This document shows positions 52,171 to 64,000 of a stretch of 64,000 nucleotides of DNA, piece after piece (within the stretch, counting starts at the first letter, position 1; each line of letters opens with the position of its first letter). Position numbers and translations under genes: made by a program. The DNA is from Octopus sinensis. Taxonomy: Eukaryota. Under the pieces are notes generated by a model. That model saw only the letters and a program-made list of their open reading frames with translations, was not told the DNA's origin and ran no database searches. The stretch lies in contig NC_043001.1 in the NCBI RefSeq assembly GCF_006345805.1, positions 132,866,001-132,930,000 on the forward strand. The letters run 5' to 3'.

Positions 52171-53021
52171 CAGGGTGTGATGGGTAAATTTTCACCATTT
52201 TATATTTTTAATTTCACATATGGGTATTGTCTGCTTTTGATTTTGTCAACTACTCAGTATAGTAGGGTTAGTTGGACACCATCTGTGAGAAAAACAGCAC
52301 CATAACAAAATTCCCTCTACCACAAATTTGGAAATGACAAGCTGTACTGCTTGGTATTTGTGCCAGAAGCTCCAGTACAATCATTTGAGAGTGTTTGGGT
52401 GTCAATCTGAGGACAGTGCAAACTGATGACATGTACCAGGAGTGATAAAAATCAAACATTCAGTCAACATCATGGTGTTTTTGAGTGATCACTAGTCATG
52501 GCAACATTATGCTTCCATTCATGAAGTACCTGGAGGAGGTAGTGCTGCCCTGGGTCAATAGGGTGGCTGCTGGAAGACCCTATGTCTCACAACAGGACTC
52601 TGCATTATGCCACACAAGCAGGAGAACCCAGTCATGGCTGTCAAACAATTTCTGTGACCACGTAACCCCTAACATCTGGCCACCTAACTCCCCAGACTGC
52701 AACCCCCTTGATTATCATGTGTGAGGTGCAGTTGAGTGAGAGACCAACTAAACTCCTTGTAACACCAAAGATGAACTGAATGGAAGGATTACGACAGCAT
52801 TCACCAACTTAAACAAGGAGAGCATTCAGAAGAGTTGCAGGAGGTTCCAAAGTCATCTGGAGGCCATGGTTGAAGCCAATGGCGATTTTATTGAATAAAT
52901 TTACTCTTTAGTATTTCAAGATATTTGTGTGTAATTTTAATAAATATATCTGTTAAAATGAGATGTCAGTGTTATTTTCATTTTTGCGTAATTTAGATGA
53001 CAGTTTATTCACCACACCCTG
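52171..53021 (+). mobile_element. Internally deleted Tc1/mariner-superfamily DD37D (maT) transposon
   Basis: TIRs cagggtgtgatgggtaaa / tttattcaccacaccctg. ORF ...YVSQQD-(37 aa)-D in WPPNSPDCNPLDY, continuing past the stop to VEANGDFIE*. Left TA flank. Confidence 0.9.
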
Positions 53022-53099
53022 CATATATGTCTATGGATACATATATGTATGTATACATATATATATATGTATGTATGCATATATATATACATAAATTTC

Positions 53100-53265
53100 A
53101 TGACTGTGTGGTAAGAAGCTTGCTTTCCAACTACATGGTTCCGGGTTCAATCCCACCTACATGGCACCTTGGGCAAATGTCTTCTACTATAGCCTTGAGT
53201 TGCCCAAAACCTTGTGAGTTGATTTGGTAGATGGAAACTAAAAAGAAGCCTGTCGTATATGTATG

Positions 53266-53296
<31 letters not shown>

Positions 53297-53520
53297 GTCT
53301 TGTGTCTGTGTTTGTTCCCCTCCCACCATCGCTTGACAACTGATGCTGGTGTGCTTACATCCCCATAACTTAGCAGTTTGGCAAAAGAGACCAATTAAAT
53401 AAGTAACAGGCTTTCAAAGAATAAGTCCTAGACTTGATTTCTTCAACTAAAAAGGCAATGCTCCAGTGCTCCAGCATGGCCACATACAAATGACTGAAAC
53501 AAATAAAAGAATAAAAGAAA
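53100..53520 (+). mobile_element. SINE family B
   Basis: Family B head to tail. Confidence 0.85.
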
Positions 53521-54431
53521 ATATATGTGTGTGTATGTGTGTGTGTATGAGTGTGTGTGTGTTTGTGCACATATATGTATATATATTTATATATATATAC
53601 ACACACATATATGCAGGAATATATTTATATATGTTTGCATATATATATATATATATATATATACATACATACATATGTGTGTATATGTATATATTCTTAT
53701 ATGTATATATATGTATATGTATATGTATACATATATGTATATGTGTATACATGTGCATGTGCACACACACATACACACACACAATTTTGCATACATTATT
53801 AAATGATTTCTCAAAATATATGTTTAATAATATTTTCTGGACCACTCTAGAGATATAAGATAGGTTGAAGAGTCATATTTTTAGATCTTGTACATAGTAA
53901 GTTCACTTTTCTAGATATAAACTTTAAGGATTTGTAAGAAAATTCTATCATTAATTCATAAAGAAAATTATTTATATTTAAGAGCAACTTCAGATTAGCC
54001 TACAACCAACAGATCCTATGAGTGATAAATTTAGACTTGAAAACTACCCCAAAAAAACATCAACTTATTCTTAAATAGATTCTGTACAATTTTGGAAAAG
54101 ATCTTTTAAAAATTAAAAACAACTTAAAATCATTGGTAGTACATACAGATGTAAAAATTTAGGGAAGAGAAGATGGGAAACAGGAATGTTTTATAGTGTT
54201 CTGTAGTATTCATGTTTTGAACAGAAGTGAGATCTTGACAACATTTTAAAAAAATTAAATTAGTTTAAATATATATTGTTATTTCAATGACTAAATATTT
54301 ATTGATCCCCAAAAAAGATAGAGGGAGAATGCTACAGCCAAGAAATATTTCTTTGTTTAATATCCTACCAGAGACATTAAACTGTTGATTTAAGAATTCA
54401 GTCTAAGAAATAGTGTCCTTAATTTTCTATC

Positions 54432-54785
54432 TTTTATGTGTTTCAGTCATTATACTGTGGCCATGCTAGGGCACTGCCTTGAAGAACTTTCATTTGAGTG
54501 GATTGATCCCAATACTTTTTTTTTTTTTGAAGCCTGACAATTATTCTATCAGTCTCTTTTTGTTGAACTGCTCAGTTGTGGGGACATAAACAAACCAAAC
54601 CATGGTTTGGTCAAACGTACACACATATATAAAATGAGCTTCTTTCAGTTTCCTCTACTAAATCCACTCAAAAGGCTTTGGTCAGCCCAAGGCTATAGTA
54701 GAAGACACTTGCCCAAGGTTCCATACAGTGAGACTTAACCCAGAACCATGTGGATGGGAAGGAAGCTTCTTACCGCACAGCCACA
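54432..54785 (-). mobile_element. SINE family B, diverged
   Basis: Reverse-complement family B. Confidence 0.8.
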
Positions 54786-54834
54786 CCTATCACACCTGTA
54801 TATATAAAAATCATTGTGATAAAGGCAGCATATT

Positions 54835-55262
54835 TACTCTTTACCTCTTTTACTCTTTTACTTGTTTCAGTCATTTGACTGCGGCCATGCTGCAGCACTA
54901 CCTTTAATCGAGCAACTCGACCCCGGGACTTTTTCTTTTGGTAAGCCCAGTACTTATTCTATCGGTCTCTTTTGCCGAACCACTAAGTAACGGGGACATA
55001 AACACACCAGCATCGGTTGTCAAGCAATGCTGGGGGGACAAACACAGACACACAAACACACACACATACATATATATATATATAATTATACATATATACG
55101 ACGGGCTTCTTTTAGTTTTCGTCTACCAAATCCACTCACAAGGCATTGGTCGACCCGGGGCTATAGCAGAAGACACTTGCCCAAGATGCCACGCAGTGGG
55201 ACTGAACCCGGAACCATGTGGTTGGTTAGCAAGCTACTTACCACACAGCCACTCCTGCGCCT
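54835..55262 (-). mobile_element. SINE family B, full length, young
   Basis: Reverse complement of 51550-51962 with few differences. Confidence 0.92.
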
Positions 55263-55924
55263 TGGTTATGAGAAACTTCTTTCCACATACAACCATGGTA
55301 AATATGAAACAAAGAAACAGGAAGTGTGGTAATCAATCTAAAGCAATAGTATTAGCACTTGCTAAAACAAATTTACCTTTAAACTAAGCTAGAAATAGAA
55401 CCATTTGCTTTTTTTTTTTTTTTTTTTTTTTTGAGTTCCCACCAAAAGCATATTAAATTATGAATATTGTTATAAACATTGCCCAAAATAGGATAAAAAT
55501 AAGTTTGAACTTGGAAACTGTGAAGCAAGAAATGTGAGATTCATGAAATATTTATTTATTTAACGAGCAGTAAATATTTGTAGGTGATAGCTCTTTAACA
55601 ACTAACCAATTAAAAATTTGATGCTGCTGTTTAGAGCCTATCAAGTACATGCTGTTGTTGTTGCTGTTTAGTCCCAGGTAAACACTAACCAGACTAGAAG
55701 GAGTATGATCAGCATCCCATCTTTTATTCAGAGTTGTCTACATTCTCCAATGTATCCTTCCTTATTCTTTGAACAATAGGGTGTGATTTATGGGAAATTT
55801 GGCTGCTATTTCTAGTAGACCAATCGACTCTGGAAACATAGCTCAAGAAACATACTGTTATTTGTAGAGGTGATTCTCATGAAATTGATTTAAAAAATAC
55901 TAGAATTACTCAGAAAAAACTAGA

Positions 55925-56190
55925 AGATTTGGTAGACAGAAACTGAAAGAATCCCATCGTGTGTGTGTGTATGTTCGTCCCTCACCACCACTTGACAACC
56001 AGTGTTGGTGTGTTTATGTCCCTGTAACTTAGTGGTTCAGCAAAAGAGACTGATAGAATAAGTACCAGGTTTTAAAAATAAATAAATATAAGTACTGAGG
56101 TGGATTCATTCAACTAAAATTAATCAAGTTGGTGCCCCAGCATGGCCACGGTCTAATGACTGAAACAAATAAAAGAATAAAGTAAAAGAA
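55925..56190 (+). mobile_element. SINE family B, 3' two-thirds
   Basis: gatttggtagacagaaactgaaagaa...ccagcatggccacggtctaatgactgaaac. Confidence 0.8.
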
Positions 56191-59090
56191 TACAAGCAGA
56201 CTGAAAATATTCTAAAATTCTTGAACTCTTCAGTTTCACTAAATTCTACATTTACTAAACCCCTTCAGTTACTCAACATAAGTAGGGGTTTTTTTTTAAT
56301 TTTTAAAAAATTCTCTATATTTTTTACAGCAGACTTTGCATTTTTTTTCTTTTTTTTAAATTCAATTACAATAAATTAGCTCCTCAGTTATATTCCTAAT
56401 TTTGTGGCATCTCTAATTATTTTTTCATTTTATCTATGAACCTGAGATTTTTGTGAGATATATTAGTTGAAAATCTGATAATCTTTTTGCACCTGGGTTG
56501 AAAAGACACTACTAATCCAACACTAGTAATAGTATAAAACTGACAAAACAGCAAACCTATATCTATCAGCACCACCCTGTAATAAGTAAATGAGTTAACC
56601 TAACACTAATCACAGTACACAGCTGTCAAATCAGGTGGCTGGTGTCTTAGTAACAATATCTGTCAGTTAAACTGAGATGAAATGAGTTAAATAGATGTTA
56701 AATGATAAAGAGAAATGCTAACAAAATAATAGGTATAGTGATTTTTTTTCTTTACGTAGCTTCTCCAAACACTGAAATCACTATTTTTAGTATCTAATAT
56801 CCAATATTTTGTTGTTTTCTGACACATGTATTTGAAACAAAAAACAAAAGTTTATAATTCAATATTATTTTTGTGGGAACTCAAAAGATACTAATGCTAC
56901 TATTTGTAGCTCAGTTTAAAGGCAAAGTTAATTGAAAAGGGCCTGTAGAATTGATCATATCCTAACTACTAATCACAATTCTAACACGATTCTGTTTCCA
57001 CTCCAAGCTAATCAATGATTAACAATTAACTTCAATCGGTGCAATTTTATTTTGCTATATCATTATGAAGCCTATCAGATCATCAATGTATGAGTACAAG
57101 AACAAAAGCAAAACATCAGTCTATTATTACTTTCTCAATACCAGCTTCTGTCATTTCAAAATCAAAGTTAAAAATCAATACATTTTAGAGACTATGTATC
57201 ATTTTTCTTTTTGCTAATTAATATTTGAAAAATATTTATTATGCTATTGATTTTGCAGAGGTAAAATATTTATTTTCCATAATCATTTGAACTTGTATCT
57301 TGAAAGAATTCTCTGGTGAGAAAAGTATTTCAAATGAGAACTAGTATACAAGCTAGATAATCATTTAAATCCTTTAAACTCCAATTTCATTACTTCCATT
57401 CAATTTCAAAAGCATCTGAATAATTTTGTTGAGAAGTTACCAATCACTCTCAGAGACAAAGCAATGATGTTGTTATTAAGAAACTTTTACATTCTTGCTT
57501 AAATTTTAAAAAATTCCTAAACAATATTAGCAAAATAATTAGGTACCTTAAGAAAAGTAACACTTTGTTGTTTTCATCAATGCCTCTACAATCATAACTA
57601 CCGCCACCATCTTTCTGATGATAAACAAAAGAATTAAAATATTTTCCTAAATAGCTATGCTGGTATTCTGTTTATTTTGTGCTTAATGCTAAATAGATAT
57701 AACTGATTTTTTTTTGTTGTTTTTGCTTTTTACATCATCTATAGCTATATATATACAGACATGGATGGAGATGTAAGCAACAGTCTTGATTTCAATGTAA
57801 ACAGTTCTCTTCAGAAAATGTTCTCATCCCTGCATTATTTGTATTTGAAGTGCTACATTCAAATGAAAATATTTCAACAACCAGACTGCTGAGATAGCAG
57901 AGTGAAATTACTATTAAATCATAGAGTCAGTACTTGAAACAACATTTGCAATATGCCAAATACAAAACACCATAATAGGCAGCAGTAAAACTGTTAAGAC
58001 TTATAAAAGAAATAATTAAAATTTGTCATTAGAGAAATATATATCTTCAGTGTTATGAGACCTCCTATTATATATGGTAAAATAGTTTTGTTCTTTATTC
58101 GGATATCTAGTGACAACATTTCTACTTTCCACATTTATTTTTGCATTTATATTCTCCAATCACATCCCAACACCATCTTACCTACAAAGGCCACAATATT
58201 CTTAGGCCATGCTTGAAATTCTTTCTTTTTTTTTCTCCTTAATATAGTTTTAATGCTTTTAATCAGTGTGTTACAGATTTTAGAAGCTTGTAGGCTCATG
58301 AGGCCAGCCCTTAACTGGATTTTCAAGATGTTTGGCTGGGAGTACAGACCTTTCATTTTGTGGGGAGTCATGTACTCTCTCTGCAGAACATGGAACTATT
58401 ACATTGCAGGGCTAACACTTAGGAGCCACTGGTACTCATTTTCAGCTGAATGAACTAAAGCAATGAAGTACCTTGCTAAATGACACAACATATGGCTTAG
58501 TCTACAAATTGAATATACTACCTAATTATCATGAGCCCAATACCTTAACCACCAGGCTACATACCTTCACTCATAGGCTCGAAACCAATTAAATTGGTTG
58601 TGATAATGGCACCATATTTTTGATTTTAAAAAAATTCCTCTTTTTCATTCTTTTACTGGAATAAATGGTTTTTAATATTTAACCAAAGAACATTAAATTC
58701 AAATACTTTAAATGAAAATAAACATTTTATTCAAATTTTTTAGCCATCAAAACTGATATTAATATTTTACTACTTTAAGGCGGCAAGCTGATGGAATCGT
58801 TAGCACACTAGACAAAATGGATCTCATCTAAGTTAATTTCCTTCCTAATCAGTAGTCCTATAATGCTTTCTGTTTCTTTTGTAACCCTGACCCATTAATT
58901 TAATGTTAATGCAGTTGCTTCTTTCTAGAGTATCTCCTTTGTTCTTATAACTGTTGATGATGATACTGCAATAACTGCCATCAAATATAAACCTTTATGC
59001 AGTACCTGATTGAATATGTAGGTGAATAGCACATATCCTACTATATTAGATACTTCCAGTATCTCGGCGACTATCATCAGCTGTCTAGCT

Positions 59091-59320
59091 CAGTGGTTCT
59101 CAACTCGGCTCCATATGATCCTTGAGGGTCCATATGAGATTTTGCTGTAAATATTTATGTGCAATAAATTGATTATACTTCTCCAATACACAAAATATTT
59201 TATCAATTTTTTAAAATTCAATTCTTACAAATATTAATTATAAAAATATAAGATTTTTTAAACATTGAATGGCAATGAGAATCCACCCAAGTAAAATAGG
59301 AATCAAAGGGGTCTAAAGGT
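59091..59320 (+). mobile_element. hAT (Charlie-like) MITE fragment
   Basis: Starts CAGTGGTTCTCAAC, a typical hAT-Charlie terminus. The right TIR is not found. Confidence 0.45.
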
Positions 59321-59559
59321 ACCACAAGTCTAGCTGCTTTCTCTACTTTCATACGTTTATGCACACTTATCTCCAATGGTATTTTCATTCACACTGATAC
59401 ATTTCTTTGTTATCCAATACACCTCATGACATCAAGTTTACATAGGATTCAAATCCTATGTAAACTTAATGTCTAGTTCTCTTCTTGATACCTGTATAGT
59501 TCATTGCTCTTTCTTTCTCTCAGTCTTTCCATAAAAATGTTTCTGTCTTCTATACCACT

Positions 59560-59870
59560 TCACCACTATTATACATCTATACTAGCGTCCCCATCTTGAT
59601 TGTTATAGTCACATTTTGTCCATTGTACCCTCTGGCCTTTTTCAGGTGCTTATTGTATTCAATGATATTCTTTGAATTTAGAATCAAATCCTGTATTAAA
59701 TCCACATGGAGAGACTGTTCTCATTCTATTGTCCACACAAGAGATATTCTCCTTTTAATCATTATCCTACTTGTGATGTTCCTTGCTTTTTCCATTTGAG
59801 ACATAGTATATACTGTTTGACTGCTCCAAGGTTTGAAGCAAATGCTAATGAACTATAAAGATGGTGAAAC
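59560..59870 (-). pseudogene. Possible highly decayed LINE (RTE-like) ORF C-terminal remnant
   Basis: Weak resemblance only: MEKARNITSRIMIKRRISLVWT / NIIEYNKHLKKARGY, with stops. Confidence 0.3.
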
Positions 59871-59959
59871 TAGTCAGTTCCATCTTCATGCAAGCTGCCA
59901 AAAAAAAAAACTGATATAACCATAAATCACAGAGGCTAATTTCCCCACAAGAATAAATA

Positions 59960-60148
59960 CATCATCATCATCATCATCATCGTTTAACGTCCGTTCTCCA
60001 TGTTAGCATGGTTGGACGGTTCAACTGGGGATCTAGGAAGCCAGAAGGCTGCACCAGGCTCCAGTCTTATCTGGCAATGTTTCTTCAGCTGGATGCCCTT
60101 CCTAACGCCAACCACTCCGTGAGTGTAGTAGGTGCTTTTTATGTGCCA
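59960..60148 (-). mobile_element. RTE 3' end copy (family C)
   Basis: (CAT)n plus reverse-complement tail. Confidence 0.9.
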
Positions 60149-61499
60149 TACATATTATAACTAGAAATACATATTTTTTCATAATCCATTCTGTACTCTT
60201 TGTATTCTTGTAATTAATTCCAGGTTGTCAATCTTATACCATTATGGCACAATTTCATTTACATTTTAATAAGTAGTAACTAACGTTCAGTAGTTTGAAA
60301 GGGAGGGAGAGGTGAGTCCTGCTCATGAAAAAATAGAAATAATAGAACTAGTCAGTTCGATCCAAGCAAAACTAGTTCATTCCAAGCAGCAGTAAGGAAC
60401 ATGTGACTTAACCACTAGTTGTATTTTACAGCAAGACTGAATATGAATGGATGTAGATATGGCTTTATATAAATATTAATATTTCAGAAGTTTTCAAACA
60501 TCAATATTTTAGATGGGATATATGATGAGAGCAAATGTAATACATCATTCAAAGCAGAGAAAAGCAAGATAAATATGGAAGTGGGGCTTATATAGAGTGA
60601 TTGTAAGGAAGTTGTCCAAGAGAAATAGGTTAAGTAAAGAGATTCAAGAAAGATAATTAACAATATAACTTATGGTTGCTACCATGGACTGGACAGATCT
60701 AATAGGCTTTACTAAATGCTCTTCTGGTTTTTTGGAGGGTTTTTTGTTGTTATAGTTTTCTAATCAGCTCTTTGCTTGAATCAGCTCTCCTATGCATGTA
60801 ACGAATTCTTTTCTTACGTCTGCTTCCACGTAACTGCTTCTTGTAATCTGTAACTGCTGTAATGCAGCTAAGTACAAAACATTTTAGGAAACATTTGACT
60901 AAGCAAGATGTTTTCAAAGCACAACACTTCAGACATCTGATGTAGGTAAGCTGCCTTGTTTTGTGAGTCTTTACAGCTTTCTGATTCTAAAAACTTGCTC
61001 AGGAAAGGATCCAAGAAACAATAATTTCTTTCTTTTTTTACCATTTTCAGAAAATGCAAATCTATATTACAGATTTTTAGTATATCAACATTGGTAGATA
61101 ACCAAAGACTAAGTTGACATAAGTATATTACTAGATATTATTTTATACATGATGGATGAGAAGGAGAATGTAAAATGGATATGGATGTGCAGAATGTCAA
61201 CTAAATCAGCACCAATGCGGTGACCCAAAGAGCAAGCCTCAATGAGTCACTCAAAGAGCTAGAAATAGCATCTAAATCACCCTCGTATTACACCCTACTA
61301 TTCTTAAGGAAGGATACATTGGATACTGCAACCCTAAAAACATTATGTCTGGACACAGAAAATAAAGAATGGTCAGAAATGGAATATCATTTATCATAGG
61401 TGTACTTGATTATGACTGATTGGGGATAAAAATCAACATCATTTTGAAATCAATATTTATTTTATGGATATACATATCAATATATAATAATTCCACATA

Positions 61500-61533
61500 C
61501 ATACACACATGCACACACACACACGCACGCACG

Positions 61534-61592
<59 letters not shown>

Positions 61593-61635
61593 CACATACA
61601 TACATACATACATACATACATACATACATACATAC
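61500..61635. repeat. (CA)n/(TACA)n microsatellite
   Basis: Direct inspection. Confidence 0.95.
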
Positions 61636-61790
61636 AATTTACTGAAGTAGATTTTCTATGGCAATCCTCACCTGCTTTCAAGCAAGGTCGGACAGTCAAA
61701 CACATTTCCATGGAAGAATGGAAACAAAAAATCACCATTTATATGATGGTTATGCTTTTTAACTATTGCATGATCCAAATCAAAGAGATG

Positions 61791-61821
<31 letters not shown>

Positions 61822-61976
61822 ATAGGTGGGAATCAATTAAATCATATCAAAAGCAAACCAACAGCAGAGCACACTCATGTTTTGGCTAGAAAGTTCATTT
61901 CAAATATTCCAGGCAATTTAACAATTCAAATCACAAGTCAGTACAGAGTTGGAAGGGTAGTACACTGGTATCAGTT

Positions 61977-62206
61977 GGCGGCGAGCTGGCAGAAACGTTA
62001 GCATGCCGGGCGAAATGCTTAGCGGTATTTCGTCTGCGTTACGCTGTGAGTTCAAATTCCGCCGAGGTCGACTTTGCCTTTCATCCTTTCGGGGTCGATA
62101 AATTAAGTACCAGTTACGCACTGGGGTCGATGTAATCGACTTAATACCTATGTCTGTCCTTGTTTGTCCCCTCTGTGTTTAGCCCCTTGTGGGTAATAAA
62201 GAAATA
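61977..62206 (+). mobile_element. SINE family A, young, with 10-bp TSD
   Basis: ggtatcagtt at 61967-61976 and 62207-62216. CpGs largely intact. Confidence 0.95.
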
Positions 62207-62685
62207 GGTATCAGTTATCCTGCAAACTCAAGCATGTATCAAAGCAAAATCTTGTATATTTGACGTTGGTGTGATTTATAGTCATAAGGATAAAATGAAT
62301 GGGTATTTGAAATATTATTACATATGTTTCCTGAGTGAAATTTATTTAGAATTTGATTTCATTAAATCACTAGACATGTAACAACATGCAACCTCATGTA
62401 ACATTATCCAAGTTCATGTTTTATAAAATGCTACTTCTTAAGACAATAATACAACTTTGATGACAAAGTTTTTAGATGATAAACCACTAAAAATTTGGTG
62501 AAACATATGACAATTCAGTGAAAAAATTTTTAATATATAGAATGCTGAATTTGAGGAATTTAGAAATGGTGGGAGAGCATATTTAAGCTAGAACCGATCA
62601 AATTCATTAATTTCATGGGCAAACAGATATACTGAATGCAATGTTCAAATGGGGAGTGATAAAAAAATTGGCTCTTTATCCATTG

Positions 62686-62830
62686 GGCTTCTTTCAGTTT
62701 CTACATGTCAAATCCACTCACAAGGATTTGGTTGGCCAAGGGCTGTAGGAGAAGACACTTGCCCAAAGTACCACACTGTGTAACTGAACTGTCAACCATG
62801 TGCTTGGGAAGCAAACTTCTTAACCAAATG
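62686..62830 (-). mobile_element. SINE family B, 5' half, diverged
   Basis: gggcttctttcagtttctac...aaatccactcacaagg...gacacttgccc. Confidence 0.7.
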
Positions 62831-62866
62831 GTCACATTATGCTTACATATATATATATATATATAT

Positions 62867-63011
62867 CATCATCATCATCATCATCATTTGGCGTCCGCTT
62901 TCCATGCTAGCATGGGTTGGACGGGTCAACTGGGGTCTGTGAAGCTGGAAGGCTTCGTCAGGCCCAGTCAGATCTGGCAGTGTTTCTACGGCTGGATGCC
63001 CTTCCTAACGC

Positions 63012-63014
<3 letters not shown>
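62867..63014 (-). mobile_element. RTE 3' end copy (family C)
   Basis: (CAT)n plus reverse-complement tail. Confidence 0.9.
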
Positions 63015-63058
<44 letters not shown>

Positions 63059-63104
63059 TGCCTGATTATGTATGGATTAAATATATATATATATTACAGT
63101 TTTA

Positions 63105-63311
63105 TATTTAAGAGATGAGGAATTATGTACGTTATTTACATTATTTACATTTGATGGATATTTGTCCTCATCTTGTTTGTTGTTAACACAATGTTGCGGC
63201 TGATATTACCCTCCAGCCTTCATCAGGTGTCTTGGGGAAATCTCGAACCTGGGTTCTCATTCCTAAGGTATTTTTCGATATTATTATTATTTATTATTAT
63301 TATTATTATTA

Positions 63312-63343
<32 letters not shown>

Positions 63344-63534
63344 TGTTATTACTATTATTATTATTATTATTATTATATTATTATTATTATTATTCAGGTA
63401 ACTGCTTGGAATAAAACTCGGAATCTTGAGGTTAGTAGCCCATGCTCTTAACCACTATGCCATATGCCCATGGGCATATGGTGTAGTGGTTAAGATGAGG
63501 ACAAATACTCATCAAATGTAAATAATGTAAATAA
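63105..63534 (-). mobile_element. tRNA-headed, hammerhead-bearing element in head-to-head arrangement with an internally deleted second copy
   Basis: Minus-strand head gggcatatggcatagtggttaag...gattccgagttttattcc, then (AAT)n, the hammerhead, and tail. 48-bp palindrome at 63447-63494. 63492-63534 is the reverse complement of 63132-63174 (2 mismatches). Confidence 0.65.
63185..63231 (-). ncRNA. Degenerate minimal type I hammerhead ribozyme
   Basis: Minus strand: GACAC CTGATGA A GGCTG-gagggtaatat-CAGCC GCAA CATT GTGTT. Stems I and II pair. The core differs from GAAACGTT at two positions (GCAA; CG>CA). Confidence 0.6.
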
Positions 63535-63654
63535 AATATATATGTTTAAAATGTATGCATGACTGTGTGTGTGTGTGTACATGTACACGTGCATATTATG
63601 ACAAGCTAAACAGGTTCATAATTAAAGGAACACAATATAGTTGCTAATATAAAT

Positions 63655-64000
63655 AAAAAGCACCATCCATTCGTGGCCGTTGCCAGCGCTGCCCTGACTG
63701 TCCTCCGTGCCGGTGGCACGTAAAAGCACCATCTGTTCGTGTCCGTTGCCAGCCTCTCCTGGCCCCCGTGCCGGTGGCACGCAAAAGCACCATCCGTTCG
63801 TGGCCGTTTGCCAGCTCCGTCTGGCACCTGTGCGGGTGGCACGTAAAAAGCACCCACTACACTCGTGGATTGGTTGGCGTTAGGAAGGGCATCCAGCCGT
63901 AGAAACACTGCCAGATCAGACTGGGCCTGATGCAGCCTTCTGGCTTCACAGACCCCAGTTGAACCGTCCAACCCATGCTAGCATGGAAGACGGACGCTAA
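63655..64000 (+). mobile_element. RTE 3' UTR copy with tandem units (runs off the window)
   Basis: Four ggtggcacgtaaaa(a)gcacc-type units, then the family C tail. Confidence 0.9.

Noticed and set aside
57547-57614. 68-nt minus-strand exon candidate (KDGGGSYDCRGIDENNKVLLFL)
   Set aside because: Weak donor (GTACCT) and no match to the expected kinesin N-terminus.
58147-58453. Short overlapping ORFs (66-74 aa)
   Set aside because: No motif, splice-site pair or family similarity that I can support.
61671-61730. Strong minus-strand donor CAG|GTGAGG
   Set aside because: No credible acceptor upstream and no recognisable peptide.

Overview
AT-rich, repeat-saturated animal DNA. The SINE/LINE repertoire and microsatellite load point to an octopus-type coleoid cephalopod (inference, not checked by search). 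The only host coding sequence I can support is one 116-nt minus-strand exon (45463-45578) encoding the P-loop of a kinesin-2 motor most like KIF17/OSM-3, so the window is probably two very large introns of that gene. The rest is transposon-derived or simple repeat: a 5'-truncated Penelope-like element with inverted terminal repeats whose GIY-YIG domain is split by a low-complexity insert; CR1 and RTE LINE remnants; mariner and DD37D (maT) DNA transposon remnants; a complete non-autonomous Helitron; TTAA and hAT MITEs; and many tRNA-derived SINEs. The most interesting signals are RNA structures. One is an apparently intact type I hammerhead ribozyme with a 100-nt stem II (50905-51031, +). Another is a mutated hammerhead inside a tRNA-headed element arranged as a head-to-head dimer (63105-63534). 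There are also several near-perfect fold-back hairpins. Nearly all ORFs in the supplied track are microsatellite or antisense artefacts.
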